Source of the DNA: Nitrospirota bacterium
GTDB taxonomy: Bacteria; Nitrospirota; UBA9217
NCBI GenBank assembly: GCA_035623825.1
Contig: DASPSR010000007.1
Span: 128,001-192,000, forward strand
Reading direction: 5' to 3'
Length of the DNA stretch: 64,000 bases
Shown piece after piece: positions 1-10,443 of the stretch (position 1 is the first letter of the stretch; each line of letters starts with the position of its first letter). The translations under genes were made by a program, and so were the position numbers. Under the pieces are notes generated by a model that saw nothing but the letters and a program-made list of their open reading frames with translations, ran no database searches and was not told where the DNA came from.

Positions 1-482
1 TGACCGCGCGAATAAAAGGTGCGTGATACCTGGGCGCCGCCGAAGGAGCGAGTCACGAGATAACCAGCATAGTCGCGGGCGAAGGGCACGCCTTGTGCTA
101 CGCACTGATCGATTATGTTTGTGCTCACCTGTGCCAAGCGGTATACGTTCGCTTCTCGTGATCGGAAGTCTCCGCCCTTGATTGTGTCGTAGAAGAGACG
201 GTAAACGCTGTCGCCGTCGCCGGGATAGTTCTTGGCTGCGTTGATCCCCCCCTGCGCCGCGATGCTATGGGCGCGGCGCGGGCTGTCCTGTGCGCAGAAG
301 GACTGCACCTCATAGCCGAGCTCACCAAGGGTTGCCGCAGCGGACGCCCCGGCGAGCCCGGTTCCGACCACGATGATGCGGTGCTTCCGCCTGTTCGCTG
401 GATTCACGAGTTTCAGTTCTTGGCGACGCCGTTCCCACTTCTCGGCAAGATGGCCGGAAGGAATTTTACCGTCAAGGATCAT
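1..482 (-). CDS. sdhA: Succinate dehydrogenase/fumarate reductase flavoprotein subunit (5' part; runs off window)
   Basis: Not in the ORF track. Manual translation from ATG at 482 gives [16 protein letters not shown]...[10 protein letters not shown] (FAD GxGxxG) ...[18 protein letters not shown] (covalent-FAD His motif). It lies downstream of sdhC. Confidence 0.95.
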   Translation of the reverse strand, partial: MILDGKIPSGHLAEKWERRRQELKLVNPANRRKHRIIVVGTGLAGASAAATLGELGYEVQSFCAQDSPRRAHSIAAQGGINAAKNYPGDGDSVYRLFYDTIKGGDFRSREANVYRLAQVSTNIIDQCVAQGVPFARDYAGYLVTRSFGGAQVSRTFYSRG

Positions 483-580
483 TGTATCAAGCTCCGGAAT
501 TTGGTAGGCAGCATAGCACATCGAGGATGGTGCTTTTTATCCTCTGACTCATGGGGTCTTTCACCCTGCTCTATGCGTCA

Positions 581-1249
581 TTACTGCCTCAATATCCCCA
601 GAACCACTGCCACCGGGATTGACATGTACCAGAAAAAAAGAATGACCGACGCTATCGCTCCCGATTTTTCGAATGCGGGGATCGTCCTCTCGTTATTCAA
701 CCCCCATGTCTGAAGGGAGCTCTGCATGCCGTGGAGCAAGTGAAGCCCCAAGGCCGCCAGGGCAATGACGTAAGACCCGCAAACGGCGATATTTTGAAAA
801 CTGCGAACTACCATCATGAGCACGTCCGGTCTTCCCATGGCATCGACATGGCTGTCCGCAGAAATCGCAGGATTCGTGATTTGGAATGTGAACTGCAGGA
901 GATGATAGATAAGGAAAATGACGATAACAATGCCGGTCCAGAACTGATTTCTTCCCGCAAAGGTCGCGTGTAGGTAATGTGTCACTGCGTAGGGCTGCGG
1001 CTTTGCCGCCTTATTGTCGATCTTGATCACGATGCCATAATACAGGTGGACGGTAAAGGCCGCTATCAGAACAATCCTGCCTCCCCAGACAAACAGCGGC
1101 AGGGTATATAAAGCCGCGACATAAGAATTGAGCTTGTGAAAGAAGATAGTTGAGTTACCGGCTATGTGAAAGATGACGAAGACGACAAGTACCTCTCCAG
1201 AGATTGCCATAAGTATCTTTCTGCCGACAGTGGATGTGGGGAAGACCAT
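581..1249 (-). CDS. sdhC: Succinate dehydrogenase cytochrome b558 subunit
   Basis: STVGRKILMAISG start, about five TM helices, conserved His (FHIAGN, YHLLQFT, LHLLHGMQS); adjacent to sdhA. Confidence 0.92.
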   Translation of the reverse strand: MVFPTSTVGRKILMAISGEVLVVFVIFHIAGNSTIFFHKLNSYVAALYTLPLFVWGGRIVLIAAFTVHLYYGIVIKIDNKAAKPQPYAVTHYLHATFAGRNQFWTGIVIVIFLIYHLLQFTFQITNPAISADSHVDAMGRPDVLMMVVRSFQNIAVCGSYVIALAALGLHLLHGMQSSLQTWGLNNERTIPAFEKSGAIASVILFFWYMSIPVAVVLGILRQ

Positions 1250-1378
1250 TCAGGATTCCTTTGTAGTTCGGAGTCGGTTACGATGACCGTTTCGAAAATG
1301 AGAAGGTGCGTTCTTCGCATTTGGCGCCACCGGGTGGCCCCGATCGATGCAAGCCTCGTAACCGTTTTGCACCAACCG

Positions 1379-2782
1379 TCATTTTCCCGGTTCTTCCATG
1401 ATTCCGCCCTCGGTCATTTTTCTCGGATCGAGCAGTCGGTCCAGCTCCTCTTTCGACAAATTCGTCATCTCGGCAGCGACGTCTTTTAGCGAACGTCCTT
1501 CGGCATAGGCTTTCTGCGCGATCTGGGCCGCCTTCTCGTAGCCGATGACGGGGTTCAGCACCGTCACGAGTACCGGGTTCTGGCCCACAAGTGCCTCAGT
1601 ACGCTCCCGGTTCACGGTAAAGCTTGCCACGACCTTGTCTGCAAAAAGTCGAGCAGCATTTCCAAGAAGCGTAATCGACTGGAGCAAGTTATGGGCGATT
1701 ACCGGCAGCATGACATTCAACTCGAAGTTGCCGTGCTGGTTGCATACGGTGATGACCACGTCGTTCCCTATTACCTGGGCGCAGGCCATCATCATCGCTT
1801 CGCATATCACGGGGTTCACCTTGCCGGGCATGATGCTCGAACCCGGTTGGAGCGCGGGCAAGGATATCTCCCCCAGTCCAGCGACCGGACCGCTGTTCAT
1901 CCACCGGATGTCGTTGGCGATCTTCATAAAGGACGATGCAGTGGCTTTCAGATGCCCGCTCAGCTCCACGGCCGTATCCATGGTTGCCTGGGCTGCGAAA
2001 TGGTTGTTGGTCTCGGCAAAGGGGTGCCTCGTGCGCTGGACGATCTTGTCCACGACGCGCCTGCCGAATCCCGTCGGTGCATTGATGCCAGTGCCCACGG
2101 CCGTGCCGCCGATGGAGAGCATTGCCAGACGCGGCAGGCATGACTCGAGACGCTCGATTGCCTGCGCGACCTGAAAAGCCCAGCCGCCCATCTCTTGACT
2201 GAGGAGGATTGGCACGGCGTCCATAAGGTGCGTGCGGCCGGTTTTGACGACATCACGAAAATCAGGTTCACGCTTTTTGATCACTTTGTTGAGGTGCTTC
2301 AATGATGGCAGAAGCAGTTCGGTCACGTGAAGGAAGGCGCTTATATGGATAGCGGAAGGGATAACGTCGTTTGACGATTGGCCCATGTTCACGTGGTTGT
2401 TCGGATGGACCTTTGTGCCTGAGCCGCCGAGGAGCTGTGTAGCCCTGCGTGCGAGCACCTCGTTGGCATTCATGTTCGTCGATGTTGCCGAGCCTGTTTG
2501 GAATATATCGAGGGGGAAGTGGTCATCCCATTTCCCCTCGACAATTTCGAGTGCCGCTTGGCGGATAGCCTGCGCCGTTCTGGGTTCGAGCAGGCCGAGC
2601 TCCGCGTTCACCTCGGCAGCGGCAGCCTTGATGAGCCCGAGGGCCCGGATAAAGACATGGGGGAAGCGAATTCCGCTCACAGGGAAATTGTCAATCGCTC
2701 GTTGCGTCTGTGCCCCATAGAGGGCGTCTGCCGGAACCTTGACGTCACCAAGGGAATCTTTTTCGATACGGTAGTCGGTCAT
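1379..2782 (-). CDS. fumC: Fumarate hydratase class II
   Basis: RIEKDSLG...YGAQTQRA start, FQTGSATSTNMN, GRTHLMDA and the GSSIMPGKVNP signature. Confidence 0.97.
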   Translation of the reverse strand: MTDYRIEKDSLGDVKVPADALYGAQTQRAIDNFPVSGIRFPHVFIRALGLIKAAAAEVNAELGLLEPRTAQAIRQAALEIVEGKWDDHFPLDIFQTGSATSTNMNANEVLARRATQLLGGSGTKVHPNNHVNMGQSSNDVIPSAIHISAFLHVTELLLPSLKHLNKVIKKREPDFRDVVKTGRTHLMDAVPILLSQEMGGWAFQVAQAIERLESCLPRLAMLSIGGTAVGTGINAPTGFGRRVVDKIVQRTRHPFAETNNHFAAQATMDTAVELSGHLKATASSFMKIANDIRWMNSGPVAGLGEISLPALQPGSSIMPGKVNPVICEAMMMACAQVIGNDVVITVCNQHGNFELNVMLPVIAHNLLQSITLLGNAARLFADKVVASFTVNRERTEALVGQNPVLVTVLNPVIGYEKAAQIAQKAYAEGRSLKDVAAEMTNLSKEELDRLLDPRKMTEGGIMEEPGK

Positions 2783-3144
2783 AGGGATAAGAATGTGGAC
2801 CCGGAATTTGCTTAATCACAAATCACGATGTTATTTGAAGTCAATAATTAGGATGACAGTGTTGCTTTTTTACACCTTTATTGCGTATTGTGCTAAGAGT
2901 CCAATCCTTGAAGAGACATGGGATGCAAAGAACTTGTTTTGTGATCAGACGCAGCCGTGAATCATGGATGTTATTATAGCGACTTTGAAAGGATTTTGCA
3001 CTGTGTTTTTTAAAAAAGAAAATACCGGAAGCTTTGCCAGTGACGATGCCGAAAACCTCTTCTTTAGAAGAGGGTCGGGATTCAGCAGGCGACAAAAGGG
3101 CCGCCAGTCCTCGATTTTCCGCAGCGAAGTGTAGAAAACTCGAG

Positions 3145-3173
3145 TTGACCGGCACAATAATTAATTCTATAAT
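3145..3173 (+). promoter_or_regulatory. Sigma70-type promoter of malic enzyme gene
   Basis: TTGACC-N17-TATAAT followed by SD AGAGGAG and ATG 3195. Confidence 0.65.
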
Positions 3174-3194
3174 GAGGGCAAGAGGAGATGCGCT

Positions 3195-4613
3195 ATGGAC
3201 TCTGGATGCAACCCCGGACCCAGTCCCAGCTATAGCATAACAATCAGGCTAGAGATCGAGAACCGCATAGGAATGTTTGCCAAGATAGCCACGGCCATCA
3301 GCAGCGCCGGCGGCGACTTGGGTTCTGTAGACATCGTTCGCGTCCAGAAGGGCAAGATCATCCGGGACATCACTGTGAACGCCAGCAATGAGGAGCATGA
3401 GAAGGCGATTGTACGATCGATCAAGACTGTGGTTGGCGTGAAGGTCCTCAGGGTCATGGACCGAACCTTTTCGTCGCATGAGGGGGGAAAGATCGAGATC
3501 AAAAACAAGCTCCCTATGCGCGACCGGAGCGACCTCTCCCAGGTCTACACGCCGGGCGTTGCACGTGTGTGCATGGACATCCATGAGAACAAAGAACACG
3601 CCTACCGTTACACGATTAAAGGTAACTCCGTGGCTATTGTCTCTGATGGAACCGCCGTGCTCGGCCTCGGTGATATCGGGCCTGAGGCTGCGCTGCCGGT
3701 TATGGAAGGCAAGGCCATGATTTTTAAGGAATTCGCAGGCATCGATGCCTTCCCGATTGTACTCGCGACCAAGGACGTCGAGGAGATCGTGAATACGGTT
3801 AGATCTATCGCTCCGGCCTTCGGAGGCATCAACCTCGAGGACATTTCCGCCCCGCGGTGCTTCGAGGTAGAAAAGAGACTCCGAAAAATGCTTGATATTC
3901 CGGTATTCCATGACGATCAGCACGGTACCGCCGTGGTCGTGCTCGCCGCGCTCATCAACGTTGCGCGTCTGCTGAAACGCGATATCAAGAAGTTCAAAGT
4001 CGTTGTTGTCGGTGCAGGCGCAGCAGGCTCGGCCACAGCACGGATCCTCCTTGCCTCAGGCATCAGGGACATCATCGTCTGCGACACAGCCGGGGCCCTG
4101 TACGCCGGCAGAAAACAGGACAGGGATCCTGCTAAGCGAGAGCTCTCGAAGGAGACGAATCCGCGGAAGGTGAGGGGGAGTATTTCTGAGGCAATGAAAG
4201 GAGCGGATGTGTTCATTGGCTTGTCTGCACCGAACGTCATCACGAAAGAAGACATTCAGAGGATGTCCAAATCCCCTGTGGTTTTCGCCCTTGCCAATCC
4301 CGATCCCGAAATCAGACCTGAGGATGCCATGCCGCTGGTGCGCGTCATGGCGACGGGCCGGTCCGATTATCCGAACCAGATCAACAATATGCTCGGGTTC
4401 CCCGGCATCTTCCGGGGCCTCCTTGATGTCCGCGCTAGGGGCGTGAACGAAGCAGTGAAGCTCGCCGCTGCACGCGCCATCGCCCATATCGTAGAGGAGG
4501 ATGAGCTGCACGAGGACTATATTATTCCGAGCATCTTCGACCGCAAGGTGTCCGCATACGTGGCCGCCGCAGTTGCAGAGGTGGCGAAGAAGACGGGCCT
4601 GGCACCGGAATAA
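3195..4613 (+). CDS. NAD(P)-dependent malic enzyme with N-terminal ACT domain
   Basis: N-terminal ACT-like NRIGMFAKIATAI; VYTPGVA, DGTAVLGLGDIG, INLEDI, FHDDQHGTA, GAGAAG, ATGRSDYPNQINN. Confidence 0.95.
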   Translation: MDSGCNPGPSPSYSITIRLEIENRIGMFAKIATAISSAGGDLGSVDIVRVQKGKIIRDITVNASNEEHEKAIVRSIKTVVGVKVLRVMDRTFSSHEGGKIEIKNKLPMRDRSDLSQVYTPGVARVCMDIHENKEHAYRYTIKGNSVAIVSDGTAVLGLGDIGPEAALPVMEGKAMIFKEFAGIDAFPIVLATKDVEEIVNTVRSIAPAFGGINLEDISAPRCFEVEKRLRKMLDIPVFHDDQHGTAVVVLAALINVARLLKRDIKKFKVVVVGAGAAGSATARILLASGIRDIIVCDTAGALYAGRKQDRDPAKRELSKETNPRKVRGSISEAMKGADVFIGLSAPNVITKEDIQRMSKSPVVFALANPDPEIRPEDAMPLVRVMATGRSDYPNQINNMLGFPGIFRGLLDVRARGVNEAVKLAAARAIAHIVEEDELHEDYIIPSIFDRKVSAYVAAAVAEVAKKTGLAPE

Positions 4614-4749
4614 GTAAGTGCGGGAGACGCCGGGCGACCTGAGGGCCTCTCCACTAGTGAAATTAAATCTTTTGCCACCCTTATGTTTCTGCGAATGAAG
4701 ACATCTTCGTCTCCACTTGTCCGAAATTGATCATCAGGAAGGAAAACCT

Positions 4750-6021
4750 ATGGCCGTGAATCATGAGAGATTACACAAAGACGAGAAAGACCTCCGCAGC
4801 CTGGCCATGACCGAGCTGCAGGCCATCTATGCCGATCTCGGGCTCACCCGGGACGAACTCGACCTCTTGGTTGCTCCACGCCGCTCCTTCACGGTGAGCT
4901 TTCCGGTAAAGACATCCGCGGGCAAGACGCAGATGTATACAGGCTACCGCGTACAGTACAATGACGCGCGCGGCCCTGCAAAGGGTGGCATCCGGTTCCA
5001 TCCGGATATGAACCTGGGTCACACGAGCGATCTCGCCTTTCTTATGGCCCTCAAGTGTGCGGTCGTGGATATCCCCTTCGGCGGCGCTAAAGGCGGTGTA
5101 GTCGTAGACCCCTTGGAGCTCAGCCGGGGGGAGCTTCAGCTCGTTACACGCGGCTACATCCGGGCCATCGCGGACTTCATCGGACCGTTCAAAGATATCC
5201 CCGCCCCCGATGTCTATACCGACGAGCACATCATGGCATGGGTCCTTGACGAGTATGAGCGCATCAAACGGGAACACATCCCCGCTGTGGTAACGGGAAA
5301 GCCGCCGGAGCTCGGTGGCATCAGTGTGCGCAGGTATTCAACCGCGCTCGGCGGGGTGCACGTGCTCGAGCAGGCCATGAAGGAGAGGGGAATGGAGGTT
5401 CGCGGGACGCGTGTCGCGGTTCAGGGCTTCGGCAATGTTGGCGGGAATGTCGCGCGCATCCTCCATCATTGGGGCTACACGGTAGTTGCCGTGAGCGACG
5501 TTAATGGTGCCATCCTGAACCCGAGCGGCATCGACATCTCCTCGCTCAGGCGACACAAGAACAAAGAAGGCAGCGTCGTGGGCTTTCCCGACGCAAAAAG
5601 CATCACGAACGCCGAACTTCTCACGACCGACTGCGACATCCTTATTCCCGCTGCGCTATCTAACCAGCTCGATGAGAACAATGCCCGTGACGTAAAGGCA
5701 AAAATCGTTCTCGAACTCGCCAATGCGCCAACAACCGCTGCGGCCGACGACCTCTTATTCGGAAGGGGAGTCCTGGTTATTCCGGACATCCTCGCTAATG
5801 CCGGTGGTGTAGCTGTGAGCTATTTCGAATGGAGCCAGAACCTAAGTAACGATCGCTGGCCGGAACATAAGGTCCTCGAAAAATTAAAACAGACAGTGAT
5901 AGCTGCCTTCAATGATGTCCATGGGCTCTGCAAGGAAATCGGTTGCAGGCTACGCAAGGCCGCGTACCAGCTCGCGGTAAAACGGATCCTGAACGCGGAG
6001 AGACTACGCGGTAATCTCTAG
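4750..6021 (+). CDS. gdhA: Glu/Leu/Phe/Val dehydrogenase (glutamate dehydrogenase)
   Basis: GPAKGGIRFHP, PFGGAKGG, DIPAPDV, QGFGNVG, PDILANAGGVAVSYFEW; start chosen at ATG after GGAAGGA. Confidence 0.9.
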   Translation: MAVNHERLHKDEKDLRSLAMTELQAIYADLGLTRDELDLLVAPRRSFTVSFPVKTSAGKTQMYTGYRVQYNDARGPAKGGIRFHPDMNLGHTSDLAFLMALKCAVVDIPFGGAKGGVVVDPLELSRGELQLVTRGYIRAIADFIGPFKDIPAPDVYTDEHIMAWVLDEYERIKREHIPAVVTGKPPELGGISVRRYSTALGGVHVLEQAMKERGMEVRGTRVAVQGFGNVGGNVARILHHWGYTVVAVSDVNGAILNPSGIDISSLRRHKNKEGSVVGFPDAKSITNAELLTTDCDILIPAALSNQLDENNARDVKAKIVLELANAPTTAAADDLLFGRGVLVIPDILANAGGVAVSYFEWSQNLSNDRWPEHKVLEKLKQTVIAAFNDVHGLCKEIGCRLRKAAYQLAVKRILNAERLRGNL

Positions 6022-6141
6022 GGACTCTTTGGAGTTAAAGCGCAGGGTACGAAATCAAGTACCTTGCCCGCAGGTGGAATCAGGAGAGGGCTGCTTCGCG
6101 CCAAGCACATAAAGAGTCACATTAATACTAAGGAGCGGCTT

Positions 6142-6741
6142 ATGATGAAGTGCAGGTCGTCAGTGGTGAAGCTTGTTTTTTTTATATGCTCTATAATAGT
6201 ATTCTCAGCATGTGCGAAGCCAACAGTGTCTGTATGCTTTACGACCCGCGACAACTGCTCCAGCGCAATCACCCATGAGATCGAACAGGCCAAGACCGAG
6301 ATCCTCGTACAAGCCTATTCGCTCACGTCCAAACCGATTGCGGATGCGATCGTGAAAGCAAAGGATTCTGGCGTGAGCATCGGGGTCATCCTCGATCGGT
6401 CATCCAAATTTGCGCGGAACAGTGCCACTTTTTTCTCCGTGCTCAATGGGATTCCCACCTATCTTGACGGAAGACATTCGATAGCAGACAACAATATGAT
6501 TGTAATCGACAAACGGACGGTCATAACCGGCAGTTACAATTTTACGAACGAGTCCGATGAAAAGAACGCCGAGAATCTACTCATAGTCAAGTCGGACGAG
6601 TTGGCAGGGGCCTATATCGACAACTGGCAGGAGCACAAGGGCCATTCCGAAGAGTTCAAGAACGAACCCCCAAAGGAGCAGCCCAAAACTGAAAAGAAGA
6701 AAACGGTGAAGAAGAAAAAGAAGCCAAAGGAAGGGCAATGA
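6142..6741 (+). CDS. PLD/Nuc-like nuclease-family lipoprotein with degenerate HKD motif and Lys-rich tail
   Basis: Lipobox-like FSAC; ILVQAYSLTSKPIADA, VITGSYNFT, NAENLLIV match the Nuc/PLD family; the HxKxxxxD position reads DNNMIVID. Confidence 0.8.
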   Translation: MMKCRSSVVKLVFFICSIIVFSACAKPTVSVCFTTRDNCSSAITHEIEQAKTEILVQAYSLTSKPIADAIVKAKDSGVSIGVILDRSSKFARNSATFFSVLNGIPTYLDGRHSIADNNMIVIDKRTVITGSYNFTNESDEKNAENLLIVKSDELAGAYIDNWQEHKGHSEEFKNEPPKEQPKTEKKKTVKKKKKPKEGQ

Positions 6742-7058
6742 CAACGAGCGGCTGGCGGCGGATGGCACATAGAGGTTGGTTCTGTTAGCACGTAATGGGG
6801 GTGTTCTAGCCGGAGCGACGTCGCGAGATTGGATTATACCGGCCAGAACGACCCGATACCGAGGATGAGCGCACAGCGGTTCTCGTAAAGATATAATCAA
6901 TAATAGTCAAAAAAAATGTACACACAGCGATCTTGATGGTAGCGCATCGGCGTTGAAAGGTACTTTCCGATTTATTCTGCACATACCTCCTCGCGCGCAG
7001 AGGTTCTTCATAAGGGGATCCCGATGATTTCAAGGATAGTTTTAACGTGTGGCAAGGC

Positions 7059-7086
7059 TTGAAAAACCCTGTAATCCGGGTATAAT
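7059..7086 (+). promoter_or_regulatory. Sigma70 promoter, likely leaderless transcript
   Basis: TTGAAA-N16-TATAAT; ATG starts 6 nt after the -10 box and there is no SD. Confidence 0.65.
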
Positions 7087-7092
7087 CTTTAT

Positions 7093-7458
7093 ATGAAAAC
7101 GAAGAAGAACCTTATCATTGTCGGAGATCGGGTCCTTATTGACCCCGACGAACGGATGGACAAGACGCCTTCGGGGCTTTACCTTCCCCCCACTGTCAAG
7201 GAAAAGGAGAAGATCATGGGTGGGCACGTGGTGAAGACGGGACCAGGCTATCCGATCCCTGAAGCGACGCCGGATGAATCGTGGACCTCAGGGAGGAAAG
7301 AAGTGAAGTATCTTCCCCTGCAGGCGGCAGAAGGAGATTATGCGATCTTTCTCAAGGACGCCGCAATGGAGATCGAATTCGAAGACAAGAAGTACCTCAT
7401 TGTTCCACATTCGGCGATACTTGCCTTGGTTCGTACGGAAATTTCCGAGGAGAATTAA
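7093..7458 (+). CDS. Co-chaperonin GroES/Cpn10-family protein (solitary)
   Basis: GDRVLI, KTPSGLYLP mobile loop, VVKTGPG, EIEFEDKKYLIVPHSAILA; no groEL adjacent. Confidence 0.85.
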   Translation: MKTKKNLIIVGDRVLIDPDERMDKTPSGLYLPPTVKEKEKIMGGHVVKTGPGYPIPEATPDESWTSGRKEVKYLPLQAAEGDYAIFLKDAAMEIEFEDKKYLIVPHSAILALVRTEISEEN

Positions 7459-7625
7459 AAAACGTCATGACTACCGATAAGCGCTGCATCGAAAAAATTC
7501 GCATATTAATCCTCGATAGTCATTGTTCCCCTTTGATTCAATCCGGCCCTCTGGTGCTGAAATCAAAGTAAGTCTTGATGTCATCGGGTTCTTCTGTTAC
7601 ATTCATTAAACAACCGGAGGAAGTC

Positions 7626-10289
7626 ATGAAAACCGGCAGTATTCGTTTCACACTTATCTTGTCGCTGCTGATCTGTTTCGTCCCGGTCACGCTGCCGGCA
7701 GCAGATAAGGACGTTCTTCGTGCATCGCTCGCGAACGGGCTTCGGGTGGTGATCGTGAAAAACGCGCTGGCACCCGTGGTGACCACAGAGGTGAATTACC
7801 TAGTGGGGTCAAATGAGGCGCCGGAAGGGTTTCCCGGTATGGCACACGCGCAAGAGCACATGATGTTTCGGGGAAGTCCGGGAATGTCCGCTGCCCAACT
7901 TTCGAACATCATTGCCCTGATGGGAGGGGACTTTAACGCAGATACTCAGCAGACCGTTACCCAGTATTTTTTCACCGTACCCAAGGATGCGCTGGATGTT
8001 GCACTCAAAGTGGAAGCAGTGCGCATGCAGGGTGTGCTGAACACTCAGGAGCTCTGGGAGCAGGAGCGGGGGGCGATAGAACAGGAGGTGGCCCAGGATC
8101 TCTCGACCCCGGATTACGTTTTTTCAATGCGACTCCTTGCGGAGATGTTTGCAGGTACACCCTATGCACATGATGCTTTGGGCACGCGACCTTCGTTTCA
8201 GAAGACGACGGGTGCTATGCTCAAGCAGTTTTTTGACTCGTGGTATGCACCGAACAACGCCATCCTCGTCATCGTTGGTGATGTGGACCAGCAGAAGACC
8301 CTGGAAAAGGTTAAGGATCTTTTCGGAGCGATTCCGAAGCGGACATTGCCAGACCGTCCGGCGGTAAAGCTTCAGCCGGTGAAGCCAGCGACGATCGCAT
8401 TTGATACGGATTTATCGTACGGCCTAGCGGTTGCGGCCTATCGCCTGCCCGGATTCGACAGCCCTGACTACGCCACAGGCCAAATTCTGGCTGACGTTCT
8501 GGACAGCCGGAGAGGAAATCTCTACACGCTGGTTGTCGAAGGGAAATCGCTCTTCACAGGCTTCGATGGGGGTACGCTGCCGAAGGCAGCATACGGATAC
8601 GCCTTTGCTGCATTTCCGCCGGGAGGGGACGGCAAAGGCCTGGTTACTACAATAAAGAATATCATTGCCGAGTACGTGAAAAATGGGGTCCCTGCTGATC
8701 TCGTCGAATCGGCAAAACGTCATGAGATCGCTGATGCGGAATTTCAGAAGAATTCAGTTGCCGGACTCGCTGCCGCCTGGTCCCAGGCCCTCGCAGTCGA
8801 AGGCCGAGGCTCACCTGACGACGATATTGAAGCAATCAGAAGAGTAACGGTCGAAGACGTGAACCGCGTGGCCAGAGAATTTCTAGTGAACGATTCGGCG
8901 ATCACTGCAGTTCTTACACCGCGGCCATCGGGAAATCCCGTCTCCTCCAAGGGGTTCGGCGGCAAAGAGTCCTTTGCCCCTCAAGAGACCAGTCCTGTTG
9001 AACTTCCCGCATGGGCGCAGAAAGCTGCAATACCGCCCGGTGTGCCGGTGTCCCTGGTTAATCCCGACGTTTCCACACTGCCCAACGGGATTCGCCTGAT
9101 TGTTCAGCCTGAGAATGTAAGTCCCACGGTTAGCGTTATTGGCCAGGTGAAGAACAACGACGATCTTGAAGAGCCTGCGGGACAAGAAGGGGTCTCCGAC
9201 GTGCTGGGAGGCCTCTTCTCCTATGGGACAACATCTCTCGACAGGCTCGCGTTCCAGAAGGCTCAGGACGATATTGGTGCAGATGTTTCAGCCGGTTTAT
9301 CGTTCTCGCTCAGGGTTCTCTCAGACCATTTCGATCGGGGCATGGAACTCCTTGCGGACAACATACTGCATCCGGCTCTGCCTGAAGCAGCCTTCGTCGT
9401 TGTGCAGCGGGAAACGGTCAGTTCCCTGCAGGGCCAACTCAAGAGCCCTGCCTATCTTTCGAGGCGGGCGCTTCGTGAGGCCCTCTATCCCAAGAACGAC
9501 CCAGTGCTTCGCGATCCCTCACCAGAGACCGTGGCGGCGCTTTCACTGCACGACGTTAAATCCTATTATGCAAAGGCTTTCCGCCCCGATATGATGACCA
9601 TCGTGATAATCGGCAATGTGACTCCGGAACAAGCGCGTACAACAGTGGGAAAATACTTCGGAACCTGGACTGCGGCGGGGCCGAAACCGGCGACGGATCT
9701 TCCAGCCGTGCCGCACAACAAGCCCTCGGCGTCTTCGGTCCCCGATACGAGTAGGGTTCAGAATGAGGTGCTGCTTGCCGAGACAATTGACGTCACGCGT
9801 TCTCACCCGGATTACTACAAACTTCAGCTCGGCAACCACGTTCTGTCCGGTGCATTCTACGCTACGCGTCTCTATCGCGACCTTCGTGAGAAGGCCGGAC
9901 TTGTCTATTCGGTAGAGTCTTATCTCGAGACTGGGAAGAACCGATCCCTTTTCAGCGTTTCATACGCATGCGACCCGCCGAATGTGTCGAAGGCGCGGGC
10001 AATGGTCGAGAGCAATCTGCGCGAAATGCAGACTTCACCCGTGACGGAGGAGGAATTGCAGCGGGCCAAAACGCTTCTCGTCAGGCAGATTCCCCTCACT
10101 GAAGCGAGCACAGATAGCATCGCCCGGAGGCTGCTCTCCCTCTCGCTGGAGGATCTGCCTCTTAACGAACCTGTCCGTGCTGCACAGCATTACCTTGAGA
10201 CGACGGCCGAACAAGTAAGGGATTCGTTTGCCAAATGGATACGGCCCGCCGACTTCGTTCAGGTAACAATCGGTCCTACCCCGGAATAG
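7626..10289 (+). CDS. M16 (pitrilysin/PqqL-like) zinc metallopeptidase, exported
   Basis: Signal peptide, LANGLRVVI, inverted zincin HAQEH, duplicated second half (LPNGIRLIV, RLYRDLREKAGLVY). Confidence 0.93.
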   Translation: MKTGSIRFTLILSLLICFVPVTLPAADKDVLRASLANGLRVVIVKNALAPVVTTEVNYLVGSNEAPEGFPGMAHAQEHMMFRGSPGMSAAQLSNIIALMGGDFNADTQQTVTQYFFTVPKDALDVALKVEAVRMQGVLNTQELWEQERGAIEQEVAQDLSTPDYVFSMRLLAEMFAGTPYAHDALGTRPSFQKTTGAMLKQFFDSWYAPNNAILVIVGDVDQQKTLEKVKDLFGAIPKRTLPDRPAVKLQPVKPATIAFDTDLSYGLAVAAYRLPGFDSPDYATGQILADVLDSRRGNLYTLVVEGKSLFTGFDGGTLPKAAYGYAFAAFPPGGDGKGLVTTIKNIIAEYVKNGVPADLVESAKRHEIADAEFQKNSVAGLAAAWSQALAVEGRGSPDDDIEAIRRVTVEDVNRVAREFLVNDSAITAVLTPRPSGNPVSSKGFGGKESFAPQETSPVELPAWAQKAAIPPGVPVSLVNPDVSTLPNGIRLIVQPENVSPTVSVIGQVKNNDDLEEPAGQEGVSDVLGGLFSYGTTSLDRLAFQKAQDDIGADVSAGLSFSLRVLSDHFDRGMELLADNILHPALPEAAFVVVQRETVSSLQGQLKSPAYLSRRALREALYPKNDPVLRDPSPETVAALSLHDVKSYYAKAFRPDMMTIVIIGNVTPEQARTTVGKYFGTWTAAGPKPATDLPAVPHNKPSASSVPDTSRVQNEVLLAETIDVTRSHPDYYKLQLGNHVLSGAFYATRLYRDLREKAGLVYSVESYLETGKNRSLFSVSYACDPPNVSKARAMVESNLREMQTSPVTEEELQRAKTLLVRQIPLTEASTDSIARRLLSLSLEDLPLNEPVRAAQHYLETTAEQVRDSFAKWIRPADFVQVTIGPTPE

Positions 10290-10443
10290 GCAAAACGAAC
10301 TGACACCACTTCGGCACATTTCCGTTTTGGCTACCAGTGCGCAAATGCTGCTTCATCTCCTCTTCTGCGAAGAGAAAGCCGCTAAAAAGTCACCCCGCAC
10401 GTTCAGGCGTGATTCCGGCGAAGGCTCATCTTAAGATCCTGAT

